Positions 8,056 to 16,944 of a stretch of 22,796 nucleotides of DNA are shown piece by piece. The stretch covers positions 26,896 through 49,691 of the forward strand of contig JBBIOM010000013.1 in NCBI GenBank assembly GCA_037443365.1, given 5' to 3'. Made by a program: the position numbers and the translations under genes. Source of the stretch: Armatimonadota bacterium (lineage in GTDB: Bacteria > Sysuimicrobiota > Sysuimicrobiia > Sysuimicrobiales > Humicultoraceae). The stretch's first letter is position 1. Each line of letters opens with the position of its first letter. The notes below the pieces were generated by a model, which saw only the letters and a list, made by a program, of their open reading frames with translations, was not told the DNA's origin and ran no database searches.

Positions 8056-8928
8056 ATGAATACTCTCCCAGGCGGCCTCGCAGCCGCCCTTGCCGTTGCC
8101 CTTGCCCTGGCACTGGCCGCCTCCACGGCGCCCTGCGCCGGACAGGCGCTGTCGGTGGACGTGCATGCCCACCGCGCCGGCGCCGCGCTGGCCCCGGAGA
8201 ACACGCTGGCCGCGGTGCGCAACGCGCTGGGCCTGGACGTGGACTATATCGAGCTCGACCTGCACGTCTCGCGCGATGGCGCGGTCGTGGTCATCCACGA
8301 CGCCACGCTGGACCGCACCACGAACGGCCGCGGGTTCGTCCGCGAGACCGCGCTGGCCGACATCCAGCGGCTCGATGCCGGGAGCTGGTTTGGCGCGCGC
8401 TTCGCGGGCGAGCGGGTCCCGACACTGCGCGAGGTGCTGGACGTTATCAGGGGGCACGGCGGCGAGCGCGTGCGCCTGAATCTCGAGACCAAGTACGATG
8501 CCCGAGGGCCGGCCCCGCCCGCGAACTTCGAGGAGCTCGTGCTGGAGCAGTTGCGCGCAGCCGGGTTGTCGGGCCGCGCGATCATCCAGTCCTTCCACTA
8601 CCCGTCAATCGTCCGGGTGAAGACGCTCGACCCCTCGATTGCGACCGCGGCGCTGCGGTCGCCGGTGAATCCCCCGCTCGATCCGGTGGCCGAGGTCCGC
8701 GCGGCGCGGGCCGACGTTTATTCGCCCGGCTTCCGCCTGGTCACGCGCGAGTCCCTGGAAGCCCTGCACCGCGCCGGCATCCCGGTGGTGCCCTGGACCG
8801 TGAACGAGCCGGCCGACATGGAGCGCCTGCTGGCGCTGGGGATCGGCCGGATGCGCGGCGACGGCATCATCACCGATCATCCCGACCGGCTCATCGGGGT
8901 CCTGCGGGCGCGCGGCCTGAGGCGCTAG
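8056..8928 (+). CDS. Secreted glycerophosphodiester phosphodiesterase (GDPD; GlpQ/UgpQ family)
   Basis: Hydrophobic signal peptide, then HAHRAG, PENTLAA, IELDLHVSRDG, HDATLDRTT, NLETK, IIQSF, PWTVN and GIITDHP. Start is ATG 8056 or GTG 8053. Confidence 0.92.
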   Translation: MNTLPGGLAAALAVALALALAASTAPCAGQALSVDVHAHRAGAALAPENTLAAVRNALGLDVDYIELDLHVSRDGAVVVIHDATLDRTTNGRGFVRETALADIQRLDAGSWFGARFAGERVPTLREVLDVIRGHGGERVRLNLETKYDARGPAPPANFEELVLEQLRAAGLSGRAIIQSFHYPSIVRVKTLDPSIATAALRSPVNPPLDPVAEVRAARADVYSPGFRLVTRESLEALHRAGIPVVPWTVNEPADMERLLALGIGRMRGDGIITDHPDRLIGVLRARGLRR

Positions 8929-8940
8929 GGCCGGCCCGTT

Positions 8941-9432
8941 CTAGCGCGTTCGGGCGGGCCGTGCGCGCCTCCACTGATCCCGCATGCCCTGGAACCGCGT
9001 CCACTGCTCCGGGGTCAGGATCTGCTTCAACTCGAGGGTGAACTCCATGTGCGCGCGCGCCAGCTGGCCGTGCAGATCGCCGATGCGCCGCGAGATGGCC
9101 TCGATCTTGGCCCGGTCGGGCTTGGCCTCGAGCATCAGTTCGCGGGCGTCGAGCCGGGCCCGGCTAAGCGCGATCCGCAGCCGCGCCGTGCGCTCGCGGT
9201 GCGCGGCCAGGATCTGCTCGACGCGCTTGGCCTGCGCCTCGGTCAGCCCGAGGCGCTGCGCGAATCCGGGTCCGAACGGTCCAGGCCCCCCAGGCCCCGG
9301 CGCTCCGGGCCCTGGCGCTCCAGGTCCCGGCGCCTGCGCGAGCAGGTCATCGTTGGTCTGCGCGCGCGTGACGCCGGCCCAGGATGAGGCCACAAGGGCG
9401 ATGGCGATGGCACAGGTGAGCAAGTACCGCAT
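8941..9432 (-). CDS. Spy/CpxP-family (periplasmic heavy-metal-sensor-like) protein (163 aa)
   Basis: ATG 9432 follows GGAGGTG. Signal peptide ending TRA-Q, a Gly/Pro linker, and two LTxxQ motifs (LGLTEAQ and ILTPEQ) flanking a helical hairpin. Confidence 0.85.
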   Translation of the reverse strand: MRYLLTCAIAIALVASSWAGVTRAQTNDDLLAQAPGPGAPGPGAPGPGGPGPFGPGFAQRLGLTEAQAKRVEQILAAHRERTARLRIALSRARLDARELMLEAKPDRAKIEAISRRIGDLHGQLARAHMEFTLELKQILTPEQWTRFQGMRDQWRRARPARTR

Positions 9433-9483
9433 GAGAGCACCTCCGGCAACTTGGTTCTCAGTGCCTTGGACTCCGTTGGGGCG

Positions 9484-9514
9484 CCGAAGGGTTGAGCCAC
9501 CGAAGGGTTGAGCC
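9484..9514. repeat. Perfect 15-bp direct repeat CCGAAGGGTTGAGCC x2 (period 16)
   Basis: Copies at 9484-9498 and 9500-9514 in the divergent intergenic region between the Spy-like and HD-GYP genes. Confidence 0.9.
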
Positions 9515-9607
9515 GCGGTCCTAGAAGGCGCGGTACTTGGGCATAGACACATAGGTGGCATTCTCTTGACCAGGAGCCCGGAAGGCCCGACTTCTGAGCC
9601 CGCCCCC

Positions 9608-12600
9608 ATGAGCGAGACCGGGCAGCCGGCGCGGTCGCCGCGCGATGGCGAGGCCCTCCACCGCCACGCCGAGCAAGACCTGGTGGCCAGTCTCATCACG
9701 ACCCTCGACGGGCGGATTCTGTCCTGCAACGACGCGTTTGCCAGGCTCTTCGGGTTTCGGTCCAGAGAGGACGCCGCATCAGCAAGAATCACCTCTCTGT
9801 ATGTCTCGCCGCGAGACCGCCAGGCGCTGCTGGAGAGAGTGCGGGCCGAGGTCAAGGTCTCGTCCTACGAGATTGAGATGAAGCGCCTCGACGGCAGCAG
9901 GGTCGTGGTGGTGGAGAACGTCCTGGGGATCTTTGACGAGCGCGGCGAGCTGGTGCGGATCCAGGGCTACATGCTCGACATCACCGACCGCGTCCGGGCA
10001 GAGGAGGCGCTGCGGCGCCGGGTTGAACTGGAAGGAATCGTTGCAGGGATCTCCCGGGTCTTTGCGACCGCGACGGCCGACGGGTTCAGCGACGCCGTGA
10101 ACGAGGCGCTGCGCCGAATCAGCGTGTTCGGGCAGGTGGATCGGAGTTACCTCTTCTTGCTCTCGGAGGACGGCTCCACCATGGACAACTCGCACGAGTG
10201 GACCTCCGAGGGTACTAGCCCGGCGATTGAGCGGCTCCAGCGCCTCCGAACCGAGGATTTCCCCTGGTGGATGGAGCGGATGCGCCGGGGCGAGCCCGCA
10301 CACTTCACCCGCGCGGCCGACCTCCCGCCGGAGGCGCAGGTCGAGCGCAGGATCCTGGAGCCGCTCGGGGCGCGCTCGGTGCTGGGCGTGCCCTTGATGG
10401 TCGCAGGGAGCCTGGCTGGGTTCTTGGGCTTCGATGCGGTGCGGGCGGAGAAGGTGTGGACCGACGAGGACATCCGGCTGCTGGGCGTCGTGGCCGAGAG
10501 CATCGCCGCCGCACTGGAGCGCCACCGCGCCGACCAGGCCCAGCGCAGGCAGATCCGCGAGACCGCGTTCCTTAGCCGTGTCATCTCCGCGGCGGCCTCC
10601 GCGCTGGATCCCCGCACATCGCTGCACCAGGTCTGCCGCGAACTCGCCGGGGCCTTCGATGTTTCGGCTGTTGCCGCCGCGCTCCTGTCCGAGGACCGCG
10701 CGCGGCTCGACGTGATCGCCGAGCAGGCGATCAATCCCCGGCTCTCCGTGGATGGGCTCAGCTTCGCGCTGCGCGCCGCATGGCTCGAGCGATTGTTCGG
10801 GCCGGAGGGCACCCGGCCCGTGGTCATCCGCGATCTGGGGGCGCACCCCCAGGGCGATGCCATCCGCCAGACGCTTGGGGGTCGCGAAGTTTCCGCCATC
10901 GTCGTCGTGCCTTTGGTGGCACACGGCGAGCCGATCGGGGTTGTCGCCCTGCTCTGCGAGCAGCCAAGCGAGTTCTCGGAGCGCGATCTCTCGCTCGCGG
11001 AGCATGCCGCGGCGGCAGCCGGGCAGGCGCTGGCCAACGCGCGGCTCTACGAGGCGACGCGCTGGCGCGCCGAGGAGCTGGGCGCCCTGGCTGATGTCTC
11101 GGCAGCGATGCGCACCGCCGGCAGCCGCGCGGAGCTGTTCCCTGCCCTGCTCGACCGGGTGCTCATCGTGCTGCGCGCCGAAGGCGCCTCGCTGGCGCTG
11201 CGGGATCCTACGACCGGCGATACCGTGCACCATCTGGGGGTGGGGGCCTGGGCCGCCTGGACCGGGATCCACCTGCCCCAGGGTACCGGGATCAGCGGGC
11301 ACGTGATTGCGTCGGGAGAGCCCTACGCGAGCGCCGATGTGAGCGCCGACCCGCACCTTGTGCGACTCGACCGCTTCGCGGGTATCCACTCGGTGGTCTG
11401 CGTTCCGCTGATCACCGAGACCCAGACCGTCGGTGCCATGTGGGTCGGCCGCCGTACACCGTTCTCGCGCGACGAGGTCCACCTCGCGTGCGCCATCGGC
11501 AACATGGCGGCCACGGCGATCCACAGGACGACCCTGCGCGAGCAGACCGAACGGCAGTTGCAGCGCCTGACCGCAACGCAGGCCATTGACCGGGCCATCA
11601 CCTCCAGTTTGGATCTTCGCATCGTCCTGAGGATGCTGGCCGAAGAGGTGGTTGCGGCCATGCGGGTGGACGGCGCGGCCGTGTTCCTGTTTCGCCCGGC
11701 GACGATGGCGCTGGAGTGCGCGGCCAGCCGTGGGGTGCCCTTCCTCGAGGGCCGGACCAGTCCCATCGCGCTGAGTTCAGGGCTCGCAGGGCGCGCCGTG
11801 CTCGAACGGAGCATGGTCTTTGCCCGCGATCTGGGCCAGGCACCTCCCCGCCTGGCGCTCGCAATGGAGCAGGCCGGGTTCGTGGCCGCGCTGGCCGTGC
11901 CGCTCGTCGCCAGGGGGCAGGTCAAGGGTGTGCTCGAGGTCTTCTCCCGCGCCCCGCTTGAGCCCTCACCTGACTGGCTGGAGTTCCTCGACGGCCTGGC
12001 CGCTCAGGCGGCGGTCGCCGCGGACAACGCCGAGATGTTCGGGGAACTGCAGCGGTCGCATTTCGAGCTGACCCTGGCCTACGACGCCACCCTTGAAGGA
12101 TGGGGCCGGGCGCTGGACCTGCGCGATCGGGAGACCGAGGGGCACACCCGGCGCGTGACCGCGCTCACGCTTCGGCTGGCCGCTGAGATGGGGGTGCCGG
12201 AGCACGGGCTTGTGCACGTGCGCCGCGGAGCGCTCCTGCACGACATCGGCAAGATAGGCGTGCCCGACGCCATACTGCTCAAGCCCGGCCCGCTGACAGA
12301 GGACGAGTGGGTGGTGATGCGGCGGCATCCCGTTCTTGCCCGCGACATGCTCGCGGCGATTCCGTTCCTGCGATCGGCGATTGACATCCCGTACTGCCAC
12401 CACGAGCGGTGGGACGGGGGCGGGTATCCCCAGGGGCTTGCCGGGGAGAGCATTCCTCTTTCGGCCCGCATCTTCGCCGTGACGGATGTCTGGGACGCCC
12501 TGCGCTCGGACCGACCGTACCGCAGGGCCTGGTCCGAGGAAGAGGCGCTTGCCTACATGCGCGAGCAGAGCGGGGCGCACTTCGATCCCGAGGTGATCCG

Positions 12601-12640
12601 CCGCTTCCTGGCCCTGTCCCCTGACGTCCGCCGCAACTAG
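9608..12640 (+). CDS. PAS - four GAF - HD-GYP domain cyclic-di-nucleotide phosphodiesterase (about 1010 aa)
   Basis: N-terminal PAS/PAC (DGRILSCNDAF...MLDITDR), four GAF repeats (SVLGVPL, AIVVVPL, SVVCVPL, AALAVPL), and a C-terminal HD-GYP domain (ETEGHTRRV, LLHDIGK, HHERWDGGGYP, DVWDALRSDRPYR). Start uncertain: ATG 9608 or TTG 9566. Confidence 0.92.
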   Translation: MSETGQPARSPRDGEALHRHAEQDLVASLITTLDGRILSCNDAFARLFGFRSREDAASARITSLYVSPRDRQALLERVRAEVKVSSYEIEMKRLDGSRVVVVENVLGIFDERGELVRIQGYMLDITDRVRAEEALRRRVELEGIVAGISRVFATATADGFSDAVNEALRRISVFGQVDRSYLFLLSEDGSTMDNSHEWTSEGTSPAIERLQRLRTEDFPWWMERMRRGEPAHFTRAADLPPEAQVERRILEPLGARSVLGVPLMVAGSLAGFLGFDAVRAEKVWTDEDIRLLGVVAESIAAALERHRADQAQRRQIRETAFLSRVISAAASALDPRTSLHQVCRELAGAFDVSAVAAALLSEDRARLDVIAEQAINPRLSVDGLSFALRAAWLERLFGPEGTRPVVIRDLGAHPQGDAIRQTLGGREVSAIVVVPLVAHGEPIGVVALLCEQPSEFSERDLSLAEHAAAAAGQALANARLYEATRWRAEELGALADVSAAMRTAGSRAELFPALLDRVLIVLRAEGASLALRDPTTGDTVHHLGVGAWAAWTGIHLPQGTGISGHVIASGEPYASADVSADPHLVRLDRFAGIHSVVCVPLITETQTVGAMWVGRRTPFSRDEVHLACAIGNMAATAIHRTTLREQTERQLQRLTATQAIDRAITSSLDLRIVLRMLAEEVVAAMRVDGAAVFLFRPATMALECAASRGVPFLEGRTSPIALSSGLAGRAVLERSMVFARDLGQAPPRLALAMEQAGFVAALAVPLVARGQVKGVLEVFSRAPLEPSPDWLEFLDGLAAQAAVAADNAEMFGELQRSHFELTLAYDATLEGWGRALDLRDRETEGHTRRVTALTLRLAAEMGVPEHGLVHVRRGALLHDIGKIGVPDAILLKPGPLTEDEWVVMRRHPVLARDMLAAIPFLRSAIDIPYCHHERWDGGGYPQGLAGESIPLSARIFAVTDVWDALRSDRPYRRAWSEEEALAYMREQSGAHFDPEVIRRFLALSPDVRRN

Positions 12641-13746
12641 GCGGGGTTGCGGAGCAGCAGCACGTCTTCCGGCGAGAACCGGACCGCAATCGGAGCGCCC
12701 TCGGCGAAGCGCAGTTGCACGCGCGGGTTGGCGGCCTGCGCTCGGATCAGCGCCCCGCCCCGGAGCTCGATCTCGCAGGTCATCAACCAGCCCAGGTAGT
12801 TGCGCAGCCGCAGCACGCCGTGCAGGAGATTCCCGCCGCCGGCTGCTTCGTCGGCGGGCACCAGCTCGAGTGCCTCGGGTCGCAGGCACACGGTGACGCG
12901 ATCGCCGGGGGCGAACCCCGTGTTGCGCGCCGCCGAGGCACGCACCACTTCCCCGCCTTCCAGGGCGACGGCGACCCCGCCGCCCGTGACGCTCTGCACC
13001 TCACCCGCCAGGAAGTTTGCCCCGCCCAGGAAGTCGGCCACGAACGGGTCGGCCGGACGCTCGTAGACATCCTGGGGTGAGCCGATCTGCATCAGGTGCC
13101 CGCGGTGCATGACCGCCACGCGCGTGGAGAGCATCAGCGCCTCTTCCTGGTCGTGCGTGACATAGATCGTGGTTATGCCGAGCTGCCGCTGCAGCTTGAC
13201 CAGCTCGTTGCGCATCTGCACCCGCAGCTTGGCGTCGAGGTTGGACAGGGGCTCGTCCAGCAGGAGCAGGGCCGGCTCGATCACCACGGCGCGCGCCAGC
13301 GCCACGCGCTGCTGCTGACCTCCGGAGAGCTGCGACGGCAGGCGGCCGCCCATTCCCTCGAGCCCCACCAGGCGCAGCGCCTCCTCCACCCGGCCGCCGA
13401 TCTCGCCGCGGGGGACCCGGCGCTCCACCAGGCCGAAGGCCACGTTCTCGTGCACGGTCATGTGCGGCCAGAGGGCGTAGTTCTGGAAGACCATCCCGAT
13501 GTTGCGGTGCCAGGGCGGCACGCGCGTCACGTCGCGCCCGTCGAAGCGGACCTCGCCCTCGTCCGGCTCGAGCAATCCAGCGATCATGCGCAGCGTGGTC
13601 GTCTTGCCGCAGCCGCTCGGCCCCAGGAAGGTGAAGAACTCCCCGCGTTCGATCAGCAGCGAGAGGTCGGCCACGGCCACCGTGTCGCGGAACCTGCGGT
13701 GCAGTCCCCGAACCTCGACGTCAACGGGCTGAAGGCGCAAGCGCAA
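12637..13746 (-). CDS. ABC transporter ATP-binding protein, FbpC/PotA class with C-terminal TOBE domain
   Basis: Walker A GPSGCGKT, Q-loop VFQNYAL, signature LSGGQQQR, Walker B LLLLDEP and YVTHDQEEA. TTG start after GGAGGG. Confidence 0.95.
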   Translation of the reverse strand: MRLRLQPVDVEVRGLHRRFRDTVAVADLSLLIERGEFFTFLGPSGCGKTTTLRMIAGLLEPDEGEVRFDGRDVTRVPPWHRNIGMVFQNYALWPHMTVHENVAFGLVERRVPRGEIGGRVEEALRLVGLEGMGGRLPSQLSGGQQQRVALARAVVIEPALLLLDEPLSNLDAKLRVQMRNELVKLQRQLGITTIYVTHDQEEALMLSTRVAVMHRGHLMQIGSPQDVYERPADPFVADFLGGANFLAGEVQSVTGGGVAVALEGGEVVRASAARNTGFAPGDRVTVCLRPEALELVPADEAAGGGNLLHGVLRLRNYLGWLMTCEIELRGGALIRAQAANPRVQLRFAEGAPIAVRFSPEDVLLLRNPA

Positions 13747-13766
13747 TCCCTCCAGTGCGTGCTCGA

Positions 13767-15485
13767 CTACAGCGTGAACGCCATCTTTCCCCGGCCGCTC
13801 AGGCGGTTGGCGAGGTACGTCCCCAGCGCCACGATGACGATGGCCACGACGCCAAGCGCCGCGGCGGCGCCCCGGCCTAGCGCGCTCTGGGAGTAGACGT
13901 AGATCCCGTAGGCCAGCGGGCTCTGCTCTATCCTGCTGACCAGGATGATCGTGGCGCTGAACTCAACCGCCGCGGTCACGAACACCAGCACGCCTCCGGC
14001 CACCACGCCGCCCAGGATGAGCGGCAGCACGACCCGGCGGAACGCCCGCAGGCGCGGCGCGCCGGAGACCCCCGCTGCGTCCTCGAGCGATGGGTGCACC
14101 TGGTGGAGCGCGGCGTGGCTCGCCCGCAGCGCGTAGGGCAGCCGCCGCACCATGTAGGCCAGCACGAAGATCACCCAGGTGGCCGCCAGGGGCTGGTCTA
14201 TCCCCGGAAGGGTGATGCCGTAGAAGACGCGCAGGAAGCCCACGCCCACCACCACGCCGGGCAGGGCGATCGGCATCATGGCGATCCAGTCGAGCACCCC
14301 CTTGCCCGGAACCCGCCCGCGCTGCAGCAGGTAGGCGATCGCCGCGGCCAGGACCACGGCAAGAAGCGCGGCCCCCACGCTGTAGACGAGCGTGTTGACC
14401 ACGAAGCGCGGGGCGCGCAGGAAGATCTCGGCGAAGTTGCCCAGCGTGTAGGCGCTGGGCAGGTAGCTCAGACTCCACACCTTGCTGAACGACAGCAGCA
14501 CCACGCCCAGGTGCGGGACCAGCCCGGCACCGATGATGGCGGCGCACAGGCCCAGCACCCCGGCCAGCCGCCACCCGCGCAGCGTCCGGCCCTGCTCGGG
14601 CGCCCGCGCGCCGGTCTGGAGCGTGGCGTACTCGCGGCGGGAGACTATCCAGTTGGAGGCCAGCACGCAGACGATCGAGATGATGACCATGATCACGCAG
14701 ATGACGTAACCGTCCACGTCGTCCCGGCCCACGGTCGTGATGCGCAGGTAGGCCTGCGGCCCAAGCATGTTCTTGAAGCCCAGGATGAACGGCGTGCCGA
14801 TGTCGTCCACGGCCTTGACGAACGTGAGCAGAGCGCCGGCCACGTAGGAGGGCAGCACCAGCGGGAACACCACCCGGCGCTGCAGCCGCCACCCGTGCGC
14901 GCCCATCATCTGGCCCATCTCCTCCAGCGACCGATCCACGTTCACAAGCGCGGTGGTCACCGTCAGGAAGATGAACGGGAAGAAGTGCAGGGCCTGCGCC
15001 AGGATGATCCCCCGCAGGCCCTCCATGATGTTGAGGCGCAGGCCGAACAGGTCCTGGGCCAGAAGCGTCACGGTCCCTGCGCGGCCGAAGATCTGCATCA
15101 GGGCTATCGCGCCCACGAACGGCGGAATGACCAGCGGAAGGGTGGCCAGCGTCACCACCAGCATCCGGCCCGGGAAGTCGTAGCGGGCCACGACGAACGC
15201 CAGCGGGAGCGCCAGCACGGTGCCTATGGCCACCGTCCAGAGGCCTGCCACGATGCTGTTAGCGAGCGACTCCATGTAGAGCGGGGTGACGAAGAACCGT
15301 GCGAGATGCGAGAGCGTCACCCCGCCCTCCGCGCCGGTGAGCGCCACCTTGAGGACGGCGCCGATCGGCAAGACCACGAACACGCCCAGTATCGCCAGCA
15401 GCAGTGCCATCAGGGCGGCGTGCCCGGGATCCACGGACACCCGCCAGCGAAACGCCGGACGGCTAGCGACGCCTTGCGAGATCAT
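13767..15485 (-). CDS. ABC transporter permease, FbpB-like, with two fused transmembrane modules
   Basis: About 12 hydrophobic segments and two EAA-loop-like motifs (SLEEMGQMMGA and SLEDAAGVSGA). Start uncertain: ATG 15485 or GTG 15440. Confidence 0.92.
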   Translation of the reverse strand: MISQGVASRPAFRWRVSVDPGHAALMALLLAILGVFVVLPIGAVLKVALTGAEGGVTLSHLARFFVTPLYMESLANSIVAGLWTVAIGTVLALPLAFVVARYDFPGRMLVVTLATLPLVIPPFVGAIALMQIFGRAGTVTLLAQDLFGLRLNIMEGLRGIILAQALHFFPFIFLTVTTALVNVDRSLEEMGQMMGAHGWRLQRRVVFPLVLPSYVAGALLTFVKAVDDIGTPFILGFKNMLGPQAYLRITTVGRDDVDGYVICVIMVIISIVCVLASNWIVSRREYATLQTGARAPEQGRTLRGWRLAGVLGLCAAIIGAGLVPHLGVVLLSFSKVWSLSYLPSAYTLGNFAEIFLRAPRFVVNTLVYSVGAALLAVVLAAAIAYLLQRGRVPGKGVLDWIAMMPIALPGVVVGVGFLRVFYGITLPGIDQPLAATWVIFVLAYMVRRLPYALRASHAALHQVHPSLEDAAGVSGAPRLRAFRRVVLPLILGGVVAGGVLVFVTAAVEFSATIILVSRIEQSPLAYGIYVYSQSALGRGAAAALGVVAIVIVALGTYLANRLSGRGKMAFTL

Positions 15486-16812
15486 CCGCCTGCGTGGCCA
15501 GTTGCAGGGCCTGTGCGTAGGAGGTGCGCGCCACCTCGCCCCACTCGCGCTCCTTGGCGCTGCGATAGGCCGCGTCGCGGTCCATGCCTCCGCTGACCTC
15601 GGCCGCCATCTTCTCGCTCACGTGCACGTAGCGCGCCGATGCCCGCGCCCTGACCAGCAGGCGCTCGGCCTCGGTCGTGTCGCGCCCGGCCGCCCTTGCC
15701 GCGGCGACCGACTTCTCGGCGCGGTAGATCGCCTCCCACGCCCGCTTCAGTTCGGCATGGCGGAACGTGATGATCTGGTCGTACATCCGGTTGGTGACGT
15801 TGTAGCGCCCCGCCGATAGGTCGGCGTCGAACTGCACGCCCGCCTGCATCTTGAACGGGTTTGGGATGCCCTTGGGCGCCTCGGCGTAGAGCGTGGTCCG
15901 CACGGGCAGCCGCGCAATCTCAGGCTTGAACAGCAGACGCTGGCCCTCGTCGCTGAGCAGGAAGTTGATGAACCGGCGTGCGCCCTCGGGGTTGGGCGCG
16001 CCCTTGATCACGGCGACGTTGGCCGGCACGATGGACGTAAGGGAGGGATAGACGAAGTCGATCGGCTGCCCGGACGCGATGGCCGAGAGCCCGAAGAAGT
16101 CAATCACCACCCCGATCCCGTAGTGCCCCGCTATGACGGCCTCGGGCACGCCGAACGACCGCTCGGTGATCGTGCCCATGCTCCCACCCATCTGGATGAG
16201 CAGCTCCCAGCCCTTCTGCCAGCCGTACCCCTGCAGGATCGTCTCCACGGTCAGGTGGGTCGTGCCGCTGCGGCTGGGGGCCGTGATGACCAGGTGCCCG
16301 AAGTACTCGGGCCTGACCAGGTCGTCCCATTCCTTGGGCGCGGGCAGCCGGTTGCGCACCAGGTAGGTCTTGTTCCACATGATGCCGTAGCCGCTCACGG
16401 CGAACCCGTGGAAGAAACCGTCCGCGTCGTTGATCGGGAACCCGGCCACCTTGTCCGGGACGCCCCGCCGGAACTCGGCCGGGGGAGCGTACTTCTCGAG
16501 GAGGTTGTTGACCTTCAGGAAGATGAACGCGTCCACGGCGCTCGCCCAGAAGATGTCAACGTCGGGCCGGGCCGCCCGTTCGCGCACGTGCGTGATGGCC
16601 GCCGAGGTGGGCTTGGGGACCACGGCCATCGTCCACCCCGGGTTCGCCTTCTCGAACGCGGCCTTGTAGGCGTCGAAGAGTTCCTTCGGGAACGACGTGA
16701 TAACGGCGACCTGCTGGGTCTGCGCGGATGTCCGGGCCGGGGATAGGAAGACCCCACCCGCTACCATGGCGATCGCGACTAGCAGCGTCATGCTGCGCAC
16801 CAGGGTTCTCAT
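15463..16812 (-). CDS. ABC transporter substrate-binding protein, Fe3+/AfuA/PgtC-like class, with a C-terminal helical extension
   Basis: Signal peptide ending TSA-Q, DIFWASA, PKEWDDL, APSRSGTTH, and ANVAVIKGAPNPEGARRFINFLLSDEGQ. RBS GAGGTGAG. First gene of the SBP-permease-ATPase operon. Confidence 0.9.
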   Translation of the reverse strand: MRTLVRSMTLLVAIAMVAGGVFLSPARTSAQTQQVAVITSFPKELFDAYKAAFEKANPGWTMAVVPKPTSAAITHVRERAARPDVDIFWASAVDAFIFLKVNNLLEKYAPPAEFRRGVPDKVAGFPINDADGFFHGFAVSGYGIMWNKTYLVRNRLPAPKEWDDLVRPEYFGHLVITAPSRSGTTHLTVETILQGYGWQKGWELLIQMGGSMGTITERSFGVPEAVIAGHYGIGVVIDFFGLSAIASGQPIDFVYPSLTSIVPANVAVIKGAPNPEGARRFINFLLSDEGQRLLFKPEIARLPVRTTLYAEAPKGIPNPFKMQAGVQFDADLSAGRYNVTNRMYDQIITFRHAELKRAWEAIYRAEKSVAAARAAGRDTTEAERLLVRARASARYVHVSEKMAAEVSGGMDRDAAYRSAKEREWGEVARTSYAQALQLATQADDLARRR

Positions 16813-16894
16813 AGGCGCTCACCTCACGGGTCTGGTGCAAATCGGCCGGCGCACACCGCATCCCGGCCGGAGAGCATGGTGTCGAACTTATTTA

Positions 16895-16919
16895 TTTCGC
16901 CGCCTACCGCGCTTATCCC
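16895..16919 (-). promoter_or_regulatory. Putative alternative-sigma promoter GGGA-N17-GAAA of the ABC importer operon
   Basis: Minus strand (A)GGGA at 16919-16916, 17 nt, GAAA at 16898-16895, followed by AT-rich TAAATAAG. Confidence 0.4.
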
Positions 16920-16920
16920 T

Positions 16921-16944
16921 GGAAGGTGACCGGGAAGGTGACCG
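16921..16944. repeat. Perfect 12-bp tandem repeat GGAAGGTGACCG x2
   Basis: Copies at 16921-16932 and 16933-16944, abutting the antiporter stop codon. Confidence 0.9.

Noticed and set aside
5264..8056. 930-aa ORF on the + strand
   Set aside because: Antisense shadow of acnA. Long stop-free opposite-strand frames are expected with high-GC codon bias, and it has no recognisable motifs.
8927..8936. GGGCCGGCCC palindrome as an intrinsic terminator
   Set aside because: The stem is too short once a loop is allowed, and there is no U-tract on either strand.
9484..9514. Direct repeats here and at 16921-16944 considered as CRISPR remnants or target-site duplications
   Set aside because: Each has only two copies of 12-15 bp with 0-1 nt between them, no spacers, and no cas or transposase gene nearby.
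9433..9855. N-terminal extension of the Spy-like ORF (304-aa version)
   Set aside because: It overlaps the HD-GYP gene and the promoter region. The RBS and signal peptide place the start at 9432.
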